Shown here piece by piece: positions 1-23,300 of a DNA stretch of 64,000 nucleotides. The notes beneath the pieces are model-generated. The model made no database searches. It was not told the DNA's origin and saw nothing but the letters and a program-made list of their open reading frames with translations. Position numbers and translations under genes: made by a program. The DNA comes from Chrysomallon squamiferum (Eukaryota > Animalia > Mollusca): contig CM022673.1 of the NCBI GenBank assembly GCA_012295275.1, forward strand, positions 24,056,001 through 24,120,000, given 5' to 3'. Position 1 is the stretch's first letter, and every line of letters starts with the position of its first letter.

Positions 1-267
1 AAGTTAGTTAGTAAGTAAATAAAGTATATTATCTGTGTTAGAAATTAAGTAAAAATAAAAACTTTGATTAAGCATTATTTTTTTTCATGGTAAGAAATGT
101 CTTCTTTACCAAATTTGCCATTTTGCATTGATTTAGTAACACTTTTTTTTTTATTATTTGTTTATTTATGTATTTTTTTCTTTGAAAGTATCTAACTTGT
201 ATGATATAAATTATGTGTTAATTTGTGAGATAATTCTGTAAACAGTGTAAAAATACTTGTGTCTCAC

Positions 268-1465
268 AGGAATCACAGAGCTGTCCTTGCTGAGGGCAAC
301 AAGCAGACTAAAGAGAAGTTTCTTCATTTCAAAATCTTCATGGTTCGTAGACAGCTTTAAATGTTTTACCAGGATGTTGTGACTTTTCACTGAAACCAAA
401 CACATTTATAATGATAATATACAATTTTTCCTACATTAGGATGCTATATACATTACATTTTTCCAATTACATGATGTTTGTATATTGGCCTTTTATTAAT
501 TATTTGTCTTATTAATGAATATATACTAGCTATCAACTTAAAACATTTTAATATTAATAAATATAAAGTGACAGATATGTTTTTGGTTGTTTGTTTTTTT
601 AATGTTCTCACCCAGGTTTGATAACAGAAAGGACACCTGATACTGAATGAAATTCCAGTGTAATAATTCCATCAACACACACGCATGCAAGCATGCACAC
701 ACACAAACACACACACACACACACACACAAACAAACTGTTCTTTACAGAAGCAAATTACCATTGGGTCACAGCAAACTCCTAAGAGATGCTGTACAGATA
801 CTTGAATAAAGTGACAATTTTACCAACATAAAATGTAGCAAATATTTAGTTACTGCTCCTCTCTGAGTTTACATCTACCAGTCAGAGTAATAAAATAAAC
901 TTACCTTCCTGAAATGTGGCAAACACAACAAGCTGTTTGCTGAACCCAGTCTCAATGAATGGGGTGCCAGGACACTTGGCTGCTATCAGAGTGGCAATGA
1001 CAAGTAAGTCATTTCTCAGCTGTCTGTCATAGTGACTGAACCCCTGTCCCAGCTCAAACAGAAACGCATCTCGAATCTGACTGTACACATATAAATAAAT
1101 AAATAAATATACAAACAAACAAATCCATTGATTCATTCATTAACAAAGTTGTTAGTGATATTCAAAATACTACAAATACTTGATTATAATACATATTGGT
1201 TTATTGTTGTTAAATATGTCATAAGAATGATAATAATAATAGTGATAAATCTAAAACCATTATCTAATATTATATAAGTGATATTTTTAAGTTTCACTCT
1301 ACCTTTATTTTTTTTGTCTATGTTTTTAATTTAATATTATTATTATTATTATTAGTCTTATACTGCATTTAAAAATAAAAACAAATAAATAAATAAATAA
1401 ATAAATAAATAAATTACATAAGATAATTCCAGAACCTAAAATACTGTTTTCTGAGCAATAAAGCA

Positions 1466-1500
<35 letters not shown>

Positions 1501-3137
1501 AAAATCACCTAATACAGGTCATGTTGTTAAGCTGCTGAGCTAAGTGGGCTGTGTCTCCGTTTTCCATCAAGTTCCAGATGATATCCACGGATCTAAACAA
1601 AACTTCTCCAGTTGGATCTGGATCCATGAATCGACAACAGATGTGTTTGGCTCCATCAGCTCGTAACATCTGATCACAGTTTTTGGCTGATAAAGTAAAG
1701 TAAAACATATTTATATAAAATCAAATATCTTGAAAGAATATAATGGAAGAAATAAACAGGTTATTTCATATGTTTGTTATTTATTTATTTATTTTTTAAA
1801 CCACTGATTACTATTATAACTCAAAATCAAATATTGTATTAATGATTATCATTTCTTCTGATATTTTGGCCTAATCACCCCAAAAAAAGATGAACATATG
1901 AATTTGTTTTTGTTATTTAGCAAAATATTAAATCCAAAGAATGTAAGAAGAGCTTCTTAAAAAGTGCAAAAGAAAATTACGTGAATTTTTGGAAAATCTC
2001 TGCAAGACTTTAAGAACATCCTTTTTAACATCAAGATCATTTTCCAACAAAGCCAACGACTGAAAGGTAAAGTAAAAAATTAATATATAACATAAATACA
2101 TTACTGATTTAAAGTTAGGGCTTTTTATTTTTAAATATCAGTTGCACATAAGCAATAATAATAATAATAATAAATAGACATTTCTCTATTAAAGCACAGA
2201 AACACAAACCAGTGTTGTCTCTCAAAAACACTGTAGTGTTTTAGTGAGTAGAAACAGGAGAGAGTAAAATGTGGTCATACATAACAAATACAGTTCTAAT
2301 CAGGACTATCTGAACAATATTATAGGTCCTGTGCACAGCAACACACTTACATCACAACTACAAAAGATTTGATGACAGAAATTCATGGCATACATGGACT
2401 GCAACTTTCCACTTGTGCTAATGCCTTAAGATGGCACTGATTCTAGTACCATGCAGTTGTAAAACTGAAAACTGCATCAGCAAGACCAGTTTATTTAGCT
2501 GGTAGGAACAGGAAAAAACAGGTTTAGGAAATGTTAGTTACCTTAACAAGTGTCTCTGAAATGTCACTGTTTTCTACAATCATCTGGTTGTAAGCTATCG
2601 TCATTGCCTTGTGTTCTGAAAACAGTCAAACATGAAATATCTTTAACACACTGTGAATTTGATAACTTTGTAATGTGCTACTCAGTCTTTCAAGTTTCCT
2701 GCATTTGTGTGTATGAAATTATAACAGAAAAATGGAATAACAACAGCTTAATAGATTCTTTTTATTTCTTTTTGTTTTGATTCTTTTTTATTGTTTTGTT
2801 ATTTTATTGTCTTATTAGAAGTAAAAATTGATATCAAAACAGGAAACAAAACATAAAAGGACCATGTTGGTATCCAAAAACACATATGTGCCAAAATCAT
2901 GTAAATAATAAGTTTTAAAGAACTCACTATGAACTTCCTGGTTTTGCGGTGTTTCAGTGTAAAAAGAGTACAGAGTCTGACAAATCTGTTTTCTGACATC
3001 ACTGCTAGCAATTCTCATCAGATACCCTGATAACAGAAACATCAAAAATAACCAGCAGTTAACAGTTTTTGTACTCAAGAAAAAAGTGTGAAATATTTAA
3101 TAATTAATAATTAATAATGATGATGATGATGAGTGTG

Positions 3138-3222
<85 letters not shown>

Positions 3223-3833
3223 AGATAGCAATAATTTGGTAGGAGCACAGATAACAGAAACTCTAATAGACATAGCAATAGCAATAGCCACAGAAAATGA
3301 ATCAGTTACAAAATGAAGTTACAAGGTCATACAAACATTGACTACCACCATCTTACAAACATTTGTTATTTCTAAACACAAATTTCATATTAGAAAAGCT
3401 TTACACACTTTTAATTTAGTTAAACTTTAACATAATTAATCACCTAGTTGTGACACAGACTCTACCACGATCTGTTCATACACCATCTCATCCGATGCTT
3501 TCTCTTTGAGAAATGGCTGAGCACAGATTTTGAGAATGTCAATGATTGGTTGCTCATACACGGGCTGCTCCTCCACTCTGTCAGCACAGATGTTGAGAAG
3601 TTTAAACACCTGAACCAGCTCTTTCATCAACTAACACTCATTAAGGAAATTTTTGAAGTTTTTTTTCTTATGATCATTAGCTATTTCCATTTGGAATAAG
3701 TTAAATGGCCTGTGATAGTTGGTTTAACTGAATTTCAAATAATACTTTTTAATATATATATATTCTATTCATAACACAAATTTAAATTTAATTTCAGTTA
3801 AAGAGAGAAAATAAATGTGTGTGAGTCTCTGTG

Positions 3834-3878
<45 letters not shown>

Positions 3879-4660
3879 AGTAATTAAACACTAGTATAAG
3901 AAAAAGATACAAATCCCTTTTCATAGCGTTTTACCAGTTTCTGCAGCACATTAACATGTCGGTCATACAACATAGACTGAAAAATATTTATCAGGAGAAA
4001 CTGAAAACATTCTTGGTATTTTTATATACTAGTAAACAAAACTGAAATGTTACCTGATACATATTATGTTACATTCATCATATTTAGATTCTTTGATTTT
4101 CATTGAACCACAAACACATAGAAACAATAAATTCTTGTTTTCTTTCACTCACTTTCTCTCTCTCTAAAACATACTAATAAATACAGCATCCATAAAATAA
4201 GATAATAATATAATTATATTTGATAGATTTAATTGATGTTTTCATTGATTTATTTATTTTTATTTTTTAAATAAATAAGGCTTGCTGAAGACTTCAACTT
4301 ACAGAATGTGGATCTGTCAAAAGTTTGACAACTCTGTTCAAATTAACTGGTTTCAACAGAGTACCCTGTAAAAAATATTGGTATGGTTATTAAAAAAAAA
4401 AGTAATCAATCTTACATCAAACCTCAATAATAATCTTTATTTAAAGTTGTCCAAACAAAAACAGATAAACTAACTGTCTTTATATATACTATTTGTCATT
4501 GTTGTTTATTTAGATATATATTTTCAAAACAGTTATTTCATTTCTCTTTAACATTTGTTAATTTTTATTTATCATTATTATTCGAATTATTTTATTGCAA
4601 CAACTATGTCATTAAATTAAAAAAATAATACTAATAGAAAATACAAAAAAACAAAAACAA

Positions 4661-4695
<35 letters not shown>

Positions 4696-4988
4696 ACTAT
4701 GAAATAAAATTTAAAGGAGATGTCTTATGATCATCTAGACTGGTGAAACACCGTCATAACTTAGGCTATATTTATAATATTACTAGCGTATCCTATATGT
4801 AGATATTGATACTGATAGTATTATTTTTGAACTATAATAACATTTATCGATCTAACCTGCAGGATTCCCAGATCCTCATCTGTAATAATATGTCCTACGA
4901 GTGGAATTTTCTTTGTGGCAGCCATTCCCGTTTCTTTCCGTAGTCCTGACGTTGGAACTGACTGTGTTTGCGTTTGCAAAGCTGCCAT
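268..4988 (-). CDS. CFAP69: Cilia- and flagella-associated protein 69, 5' part (gene continues past the window start)
   Basis: Phase-compatible exons at about 4857-4988 (MAALQTQ...LGILQ), 4303-4365 (GTLLKPVNLNRVVKLLTDPHS), 3911-3976, 3444-3630 (LMKELVQVFKLLNICADR...PFLKEKASDE), 2928-3027, 2542-2615, 1981-2059, 1509-1687, 905-1080 (DRQLRNDLLVIATLI...PFIETGF) and 268-389 (VKSHNILVKHLKL...EDFEMKKLLF). These motifs match my recall of vertebrate CFAP69. Confidence 0.88.
3115..3220. repeat. (AAT)n microsatellite, representative of many SSRs in the window
   Basis: Directly visible. Others include (AT)n 7275-7347, (CT)n 40606-40655, (TG)n 49181-49227 and 52213-52287, (GA)n 60703-60746 and (CA)n 63790-63855. 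Confidence 0.97.
3631..3910 (-). other. U12-type (minor spliceosome) GT-AG intron in CFAP69
   Basis: On the minus strand the donor reads GTATCTTT and the branch site TTCCTTAAT lies about 10 nt upstream of the AG, with no polypyrimidine tract. The flanking exons join in frame (KGF|LMKELV). Confidence 0.82.
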
Positions 4989-5312
4989 GATTATATTTTA
5001 TTTGTCTCTTTTTACCTAATGGAACAGACAGTGACGTTTGGATTTATCTAATGCAACAGATAATGTTTTTTGCGTTTTGTCATAAGTTTTTAACGTTCCA
5101 TTCTTAAATTTAATCCATTATAATTTTAAATACTAAACATTAAATCCATAGTGGCAGACATATTGAAAACAAAATCCAAGGAAGCTCAATGTATTGTGGT
5201 ATACTTGTTGCTATGTTAATCATGTGACAGTCACATGATAGAGAGAGTTCCCGTTTTCGACCTTCACCCATACTGACATGCTGGAACGAATTTAGATTCA
5301 GTAAAATTCATT
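4989..5312. promoter_or_regulatory. Bidirectional promoter region between CFAP69 and MMUT
   Basis: The divergent start codons are about 325 bp apart. It contains an RFX X-box-like GTTGCTATGTTAAT (5207-5220) overlapping a perfect inverted repeat ATCATGTGAC-A-GTCACATGAT (5219-5239) that carries two E-boxes. Confidence 0.6.
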
Positions 5313-14511
<9,199 letters not shown>

Positions 14512-15948
14512 ACTGGAACTCTTAGACTGTATTAATAGTATACCTGTGTGGATTAACATATCAAATTAACAGAACCTGTACTGTATTTATAGAGAACATT
14601 TCACTAAGATGTTTGCATTGAGGTCTGATTCAGTATGATTTATCATCCCAAGAGATTGTCTGATTTATTATTATGTGTCATTTTAACTATGTGATGATAA
14701 ATCATCAAAATAGGATGTTTTAGACTATATTTGTCTGGTTTATCATCAGAGATGATTTGTTTACTGTTTAGAAAAAACAATATTTGACTATTTGGTTTTT
14801 GATGGCATTAACATTTACAATAATTATTTTCCCAGTTCTTGCCAACAAAAAATTTTCAATTATTTATTCAGAACTGCAATTCTTTATCCGCAATCAGGAA
14901 ACATGAAAATCTCTAAACACTACAGGTAGAATAAATCATATTTTTAACACAGGTTGTCTGCCACAATCTCTGATCAGGTTTTTTGAAATTTTAATTTACA
15001 TCAAATCAAAACAATTGAGGTTTGAAACTGTTGACCAGTTTTTAATGTTAAATTACAGTCATTAGACTTCATGCAACTGAATTAACTTTCAGTGCATTTG
15101 TTACATTTTTAAATCTATACTAGTTATCATTTAGTGTTAAGAATAGTTTTATTTTCTAGAACTTTTTGGAGCAAACTGGATTTGGTATGTATATAAACAA
15201 TTGGTGCTTTCATTTGTCTGAATCTCGGATAAAAACTGCTGGATATGACAGTTGAATGATGAATATGTCATAAAAGGACATGAGGATGTGTATTGTTGAA
15301 AACAGATTTTTTTTGAAATGTTCTATTTCTCACATCATATAATCTTAATTAAGATGACTGTCATTTGAAATCTGCTTTTAAAATATGCTATATATATATA
15401 TGTATATATGTAGTAATGGGACAGATGAGAAAATAAAAACATGAATACTATTTTAAGTTTGTTTTATTTATTTAAGACTAAAGAAATTTCTGCTTACATC
15501 ATGAAATATTTTTACAAACTTTCCAAAAGTAACCAGATAAAATTCACAAGAATTATAACTAGAATGAAAAAAAAAAAAAAATTACCATAGTAAATACAGA
15601 CTAAATTCAATTAATTTCCAATGCAAAAGGATGTTTAATTTATGCAATTTTCTATCAGACAACACAATATTAACAAATGACATTGAGATAATACAGAGTG
15701 TATTATTTTCTAAGATCTGTAAGCACTAAATGTGATTCACATTATATATATATTTATATAAAAAAAAAAAAAAAAATAGATAGTGGTTTGACTTTGGATA
15801 TAAAACATGTACTGTCAATTGTGGAAAAAGTCTAAATTTTAAATTCTGTCACCATCTGAGTTGTAGTCTTACAGAACAGATTAATGTGTCAAAGTTTGAA
15901 AAATATTCCTTAGTTCACACTTTATCTCTCCAGTTTTCACATGCATGT

Positions 15949-18900
15949 TTACATCTGAGCTGAAGACCTTTGCTGCTCTTTCTGGATCCCATTTCGGTTC
16001 TGAGAATTTTTCTTTGCAAGCAGAGAGCCTCCAGTTATTTCCATGATGTTGTAGATGTTCAGAGACTCGCCTGTAATCATAAAATTTAGTTTTTGACATT
16101 CGTAACAAAACTCAGTTCACATTTTGGCCATCTATTAATGTCCCAGTACTCAATTTTCTGCAATATTTTGTAAGAACAAATTTTGTTTTTTTTAGTCTAA
16201 TAAGCATATGAATAAAAACACTTTAAAAAATGTATTTAAATAAAACAAAAATTACAGCCAATGATGTGTTATTTTTCAAATTAACACAAGATATGTCAGT
16301 TATAATAATCATTTACCATTAATTTGTCTTTACGTAGTATTTTTACATATAATAAAAATAATAATTTACTTAACTTTTTATTTATTTATATAAATAAAAA
16401 ATTAAAATTAAATTAAATAAAAGCAACAGACTTAAACTACTGAAGAATAAAAGTGTAGCAGTGTTTAAAACACTCAAAGGTGATGATACTTTTAATTACA
16501 GAAATGACTTACCCTGAGGTATGCTGTAGCCTCTCTCTAAACCATTAGGGTTGGAGGGTGTCTTACAGTCTAGGTTAACTTCTTTTCTCAAGCAAGTGTC
16601 AATGTCCACACTGCTGAAGAATGCAATAGACTAGAACAAAAAAAACAAAAAACAAAGAGGAGTAAATAAATAATTATCCTAATACTGGAAAACAGTAATA
16701 GAAATACACTTTGTTGGAACGAAATTTCATAACATTTTTCAAATGGTGGCATTCAAGCAAGAGATTTCAAGACAAATACAAGACTGAAAGGGGAAGAAAA
16801 TGGCACATATGTGGTTGAATAAATATCTAAATACTAAATACAGTCTTTGCATTTCACTTGATGCTAATGAATTTTTGTTCAAATCGAATACATTTTCTCG
16901 AAGTTGGTAATATTCAGCAGACAGCCAGTTCAGAGCTGTGATAAGTCAGTCCTCATTAACTAGTTATATTTGTCAGGTATTTATTATCCAATTCATTACT
17001 GTACAGATGTGTAGAATACGTGTGAGTACTGCATAGTAAATATTTAGCATAGTTTTCTTTCCTTCTCTTTTCCACCCACACATACTTGAGAAATGACCTG
17101 TGTTTACCTGTGGAAGGTCGTTCATGCCCAGTTTGTAGGCGAACATGCTGCGAGTCAGCAGGTTGGTTATCTGCAGGGCGAGGGCTGCGCGGTAGCGGTC
17201 CTCACTGCGGATGATGTAGCGAACTTCATCATGGATGCTGATACAAAATCTTCCTCGAATTCCAAACTCTTCAAACAGCCACTTCATAGACACCAGCATC
17301 AGATGTAGATAGTCAACAGCTGAACTCTGTACCACCCAGTTCACGCGACTTGTTATGAACTACACATAATATTAAACAGCTTATTTATTAACAAACCTCA
17401 ATGTACATAATAAACAAAAACATCAAATAAACTGAGTTAAATAAATTATTAATTGTGAATGTTTAAAATTTCAGCTCTGGTACTTTATTAATAAGCTAGT
17501 TAACATTTCCTAATATTAAAAGTATATGTTTTGTATTTTAGACTTGGAACAAAAATAACGTATTAAAAATGTTTTAAAGTAAAATAGATCAGGAAGCAGA
17601 CAAAGTGTACAGCGTGGCTCACATCATTGAGAACATTCTCAGGTTCCAGCGCCTTGCTGATGCGACAACCCAGAACTGGAGTTGAAGGTTCCTCTGATTT
17701 GGCCACAGCCTCAAGTCCATTGAACATGTAACTTTCACTAGGAAGGAAAAAAAATAGTTTGTATCTTTATCTTTCTCTTCAGTGTATTCAACTGGCAATT
17801 TCCCATTGTAGGAAGTGTCTCCTAATTACATATCAAACAATTTTAAGTAATATATCAAAAGATGTTTAAAAATCTGTTTACAGTGAAGAAGTGAAGCTGA
17901 TGTAGTACTTACCTTCCTCCAACCCATTCTCCACTAGAACTGTAATAAAAAAATGTGATATATAAAGAAAACAAAGAATTTTCTTTCACAAAACAATTTT
18001 CATTTAAATATCCACTATTAAAACGAATTTCAAATATTGAGAAAACTGGCAATAATGCTACTTTTACTGTAAGAAAAAATTCATTTGTTCAAATTTTTTC
18101 CCTTGTGAAAAGGTTGACATACATCTTTATTTTTATTTTTTATTTTTTAAATATTTTTTATTTTTTAAATTTTTTTCAAATAAAACAATTATAGTTCAAA
18201 ATAAATATTGTGTTTATAATGATTTTAGCATTTTCATCACTTAAATTTTCTTCAGTGTAAAACATTCATATTAAATATTAAATTATGTATGATGAATTAA
18301 AAAAATATAAAATAACACATAACCTGTCAATATAAAAGTATTGGCTAACAGCTAACACTTTATGTTTAAACAACAAAAAAAACCCACATAATTTGACATA
18401 GCATTATTTCTCAACAAAAATCAAGCTCACATATTTATATCATAAATTTCATAGTTTTTTTCTAATAAAAGTTCAGAATTCAACCAGCTGTATAGTTACA
18501 AATAACTTTATCACTATGATTTCCAGTGTATTGGTATAATTAACTAGCATATGTAATTAACACTCACATATTAATATAATGAACTAGGAGACATGGTTAA
18601 TACCTTGGCATGGTCTCTACTGATGCCGACAGTTTCAGCTGTTTTACTGTGAAGATCTGTTCTATCTGCCTTGTTTCCTTGAAGTGTCATCCAGCCCAGG
18701 GCAGTACAACCTGAAACACACCAGTGTCAGTCTTAAACAAGAACACCAACTTGTACAGAGACATATTCTGTTACTAGAATTTCTAAAAGATCTGTGTACA
18801 AATCACAGTAATTATCAAGACATTAACAATTTCTGGAAATTAGTCTGTTTATAATTATTAAAGTAACAGAGGCGAAATGTGTACACTCAAAACATTAATG

Positions 18901-20271
18901 ATTTTGTAGATAATGTAGAAAGTTATCTGAAAAGATTGTTTTTAGCATTATTTGTCAGTGTATATTAAAATTTTGAAAGTGTCTCTGGTTGAATAATGAT
19001 AACAGAAAGGTACCATGTGTTTTCTGAAAAGTTGCATCCCCTATGATAGAAGCAATCCAAAGTTCCTGAGAATCAACATCAGCACCCACAAAGTGATACC
19101 CAGGGGGAACCTGAATCATTGCCTTCAGCTCACTGCCGATTCTATCAGTCTGAAAACATCAGAATTAATTATTCTCTACATTCATCAACAAGAGGGGCAG
19201 TCTGTTCAGACTAATCTGGTAAAAGTAATGAAAATATTTCTTACGTAAGCATTGCTAGCAGTCAGCCATGTTGGTTCTACAGCCCGTCTGGTGATGGTTC
19301 CAGCAGATACTATTCTAGGAATGATAGCACCATACAGCGTGTCATCACTGTAGTCTTCATGACTGTAAACATTAACAACAATAAAAATTCTCATTTTCAT
19401 TATTATGGATAATTTTACTTTTAAGACAAAAAGAAATTAAACATTAAATTTAATTTTTTTTTTTTTTTAATGTGATTTTGACACAGTAAGATTCATGTTT
19501 AAATAGTAAAAGCTGTGTTTAACACTATTTATTTTGTAATAAAGAAATAATAAAGTTGTATTTCATGTTGTTTACCTTGTGATAGGTCTGTGTAATTCAC
19601 TTTTCTTCAGCCAGACTGACATCTGTCCCCTGATATCATAATTAACAAACAATAACACAATTGAAAAATGATAATATAAGGCATGTTAGTTTAAAAAATA
19701 AAGCAATAGTGCACATAATTTAGAATTATGAATATGGATAATTCTTCATTTTCTTTATGATATTGAAGAACATTTCACCACTCTCAATTAAATTATACTT
19801 GAAACAACATTAAATAAGTAATAACAAAGAAAAGGAAGGGGAAAAAATGATTAAAAAGATAAATTTGTATCTAACAAATTCACAATTAATCTCATAAAAT
19901 TAAATCATTTTGAGCACTTTTTACTTGTATTCCAAATCACTAAATTTTATTTAAAACCTGATTAAAGTTTTAAAGAGAAAAACAAAACACACTCAATTCT
20001 CTCTTTGTTGTTTCTCCAGTAAGAACACATTTTTCCCAGCAGCAGGACGCGATTTGCACTGGTTCCACTCGCTGCCCTCATAGTGCCGTCCTCCACGTGG
20101 TGCAAGTAGTCTTTAGCAAGAGGATTTCCTACTCGGTTTGAAAATCCATTCTTGTGTGGAATTCTGTAAAAGTGAACTCCAGGAATTCCAACATCATGTG
20201 GTCCACCACCAGCTGATTTTAAATACTCTATCACCTTATAAAAAAAAAAAAAATCAGAATAAATATTTCTT

Positions 20272-20307
<36 letters not shown>

Positions 20308-23300
20308 AAATAAATATTCTTTATTTTTTTTATTACTCTAAAATTTGTAATCTGGAAAACTAAACCATTTGTAACAAATTAATAATGTAACTGATAAGTG
20401 TAAATTTTCAGTTATAAAGATAAAAAATTTTTTCAAAAATTCTGTCTCTTTACCTTTGGATGGACATGTCTTCTCTTGATATTAGTAGCTTTCCAGTGTT
20501 TGCTTTTTTCTTCTGTGTCCATTGCCTGATGATCAAAGTCCCGCCCTAGTGGGTCACCAGGTGGGTGTGTCGTGGATTCATCTTCACCATAAAGCTCTGG
20601 CTGTGTGGAGACCAAAAATTCTTCTAGAGATCTGAAATATTTATATTATTAACATCAATTATTATCACTTTGACAGAACATCCAGACACTTGAAATAACT
20701 TTTTTTTTTTTAAATAACCTTTTCAAGACCCTGGTGTGCTTATATTATTACACTTATAGTCATTCTAACATTTGCTACAGCCTATCTGGACAGAGTTATA
20801 ATCAGAATTTACTTCTTAAATAACAGAATCAAAAATGAACATTCTGTTCTAATCAGAACTTACTTCTTAAATAACAAAATAAAAACAGAAAAAAAATAAC
20901 TGCAACATCCTCATTTGTAAACAAACCTCAGAGGGAATTCTTTGATTTCCTTTTCCAGGTCTTCATCATCTGCTTCCTCCTGCAGCCCAAACAAACTGAA
21001 GGTTGGTACGAGATAGCCCCAGCCATGCGTGTCATCATAGTGTACAGGATATCCATTCCAGGTCAAGCGAAGCAGTTTGGGTGCCACTCGCACCTGTGTT
21101 GTGATGAGAGAAGGACCAGGATACCAGTCCTCTGCAGAGTATCGTGGACACAGGTCTCGATACCAGCTGATTTATAAAACAGTGTTAGTATTCTCTCATT
21201 TTCAGGTATCTTCTTTGATATACAACACAGAGTATGTAAAGAATTTTAGTGTCATAAATGTTTTCTGTGAAACTAATGTGAAATAAATCTAAACCATGCT
21301 GATTAAAATATTTATTTGTTAATAAAACAATTTTTGTTCACAAAAATAATAAAATATGATAAAAAATTTTTTCTTTATTTATGAATGTCAGATAGAAAAA
21401 TAATTGTAAAAGGTTTTTAAAAAAATCAACAGAAAGACATTTGTTCTCCATGTTTAATACTGACAGAAAATGTAACGTGGAATTCTTACTTGGGGTAACC
21501 TGCTTTGAAAGTTTCATGTATGGGAATTCTTGAAGCTGACTCAACAATTTTCTGATAAAGTTTTTCTTGATCCCTTATTTCCTTCTCATCTCTTGGCTGA
21601 ATATATAAAAAAAAGTTATTTAAATTTGAAATGAATATATATGTAGGGATCTAACAGTCTGTACCTAAAATCCAAACAATAATAATTTTAACAATTATAG
21701 TTAAAATCCTTAAAATTCTGAAAGACCACAATAAAATGTTTCTGCCAATGAAAAAAAAAACACACACGCAAAATTATGTTAAATTTATAATTAATTTACA
21801 TTAATACTAGTTAATATAAAATGTTTCTAGACTACAGAAAAGGAAACATAGAGGTTAACAGTATAAACTCAAATTTTTGTAATAATATCTACCTCTATGA
21901 TACAATCTTTAGCAGTCATCAGTTTGTTTTCATCTGTATCAGCTGAAGAGTCTTCTTTTTCATGTGATACCAACTTAGCAGACTTTGTGCCAGCTTTCTT
22001 CAAACGATATTCCACTGTAGACCAATCCAGGTTCCACAACCAAGGATCATTTTTATATCTGAAAACACAAACCAATCAAAGAATTTAACTTACTTTTTTA
22101 ACATTATAATTTACAGAAATACTCACTGACTGTAGTAACAATAAATAAATAAATAAATGAATATTTTTTCACCCATTAAAGCATGTAACAATTTGTAATA
22201 ATAATAAAATAAACTGTATGACAAATGTAAAGACAACTAAATAGAAAAATGATTATTATAAAACACTTTATTCACACATAAAAATAAATAATAAAAATAA
22301 AGTGTATATTTTTGAATAAAAAAAAAAAATCAACCACTCACTGATTTCCTTCCATCAGATCACAGGCATCGTTAGCCAATGAAATCAGAGTATTCTTGAG
22401 TTCATGCTGGAAGTCCTCAAACATTGTGTTTGACTGCTGAATGTACCGCTGCCAGTTTGTGTTGATTGGCAGGTAGGCAGTGCCCATTTCTAACATACCA
22501 GCTAGAGTTACAGGATGTGGGAAACTGGTAAAAGAAACAATTTTAAATTTCAAAATACATCTAAAAGAATATTAAATATATATATATTTTATAAAAAGAA
22601 TGCAAAGAAAATTATATATATATAAAAGCAGTTGAAACTTAATATTTTATTTTAGAATATATCTGAATGGATAAAAAAAATACATAAAAAATTTTGTTAT
22701 CAGTAACTGTCTTTTAATAACAGTTAAAATATTTTATTGTTTGAATATTGGTTGCTATTAGTATTAATTTAATTACAAAAATTATACTAAAATTTTAAAG
22801 GGAAAATATTCATCAGGGCCACTATAAGAAATAAAACCAGCATGTCTAAAACATGTATATATGTGGATTTTCAATTTAAAAGTTGATGTTTTATTTTAAG
22901 TTGAAATCAAGTGAAAATATGTTCACCGCTCAGGAATTCTGGCCAGAGTTTCTTTAACACTGCCTGAGTTGCTACAACATCATTGGCACAGTAAGTCATC
23001 AAATGCTGAAAATATGAACATTTAAATAAACTCAAACTTCATCCATTTTCCAAAATAAAGCTATATGGAATAACAATTTGTTCTACAAAGTATAAAAAAA
23101 AAATAATAATAATTAGCTAAATATTTATTTACCTTAAAATGACAACCTGACTCTTTACTGTTACATTTTATTCTGCTATTACTTACTGTTTTTATTTTAT
23201 ATGATCATGACTAAGTAGTACAGATATTTTCTTCTCCTTAGACTCCATAACTGTTATCATTTAAAAACATAATAAAAAAAAACAGACTGATTGAATTATG

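Noticed and set aside
760-789. Possible 30-nt cassette exon in a CFAP69 intron (cag...ATG|gtaatt on the minus strand)
   Set aside because: It has an in-frame TGA in the required phase and a weak acceptor; the flanking exons join correctly without it.
15881-16108. 75-aa ORF at the POLG 3' end
   Set aside because: Wrong frame. The spliced last exon uses another frame ([17 protein letters not shown]) that matches the POLG C-terminus.
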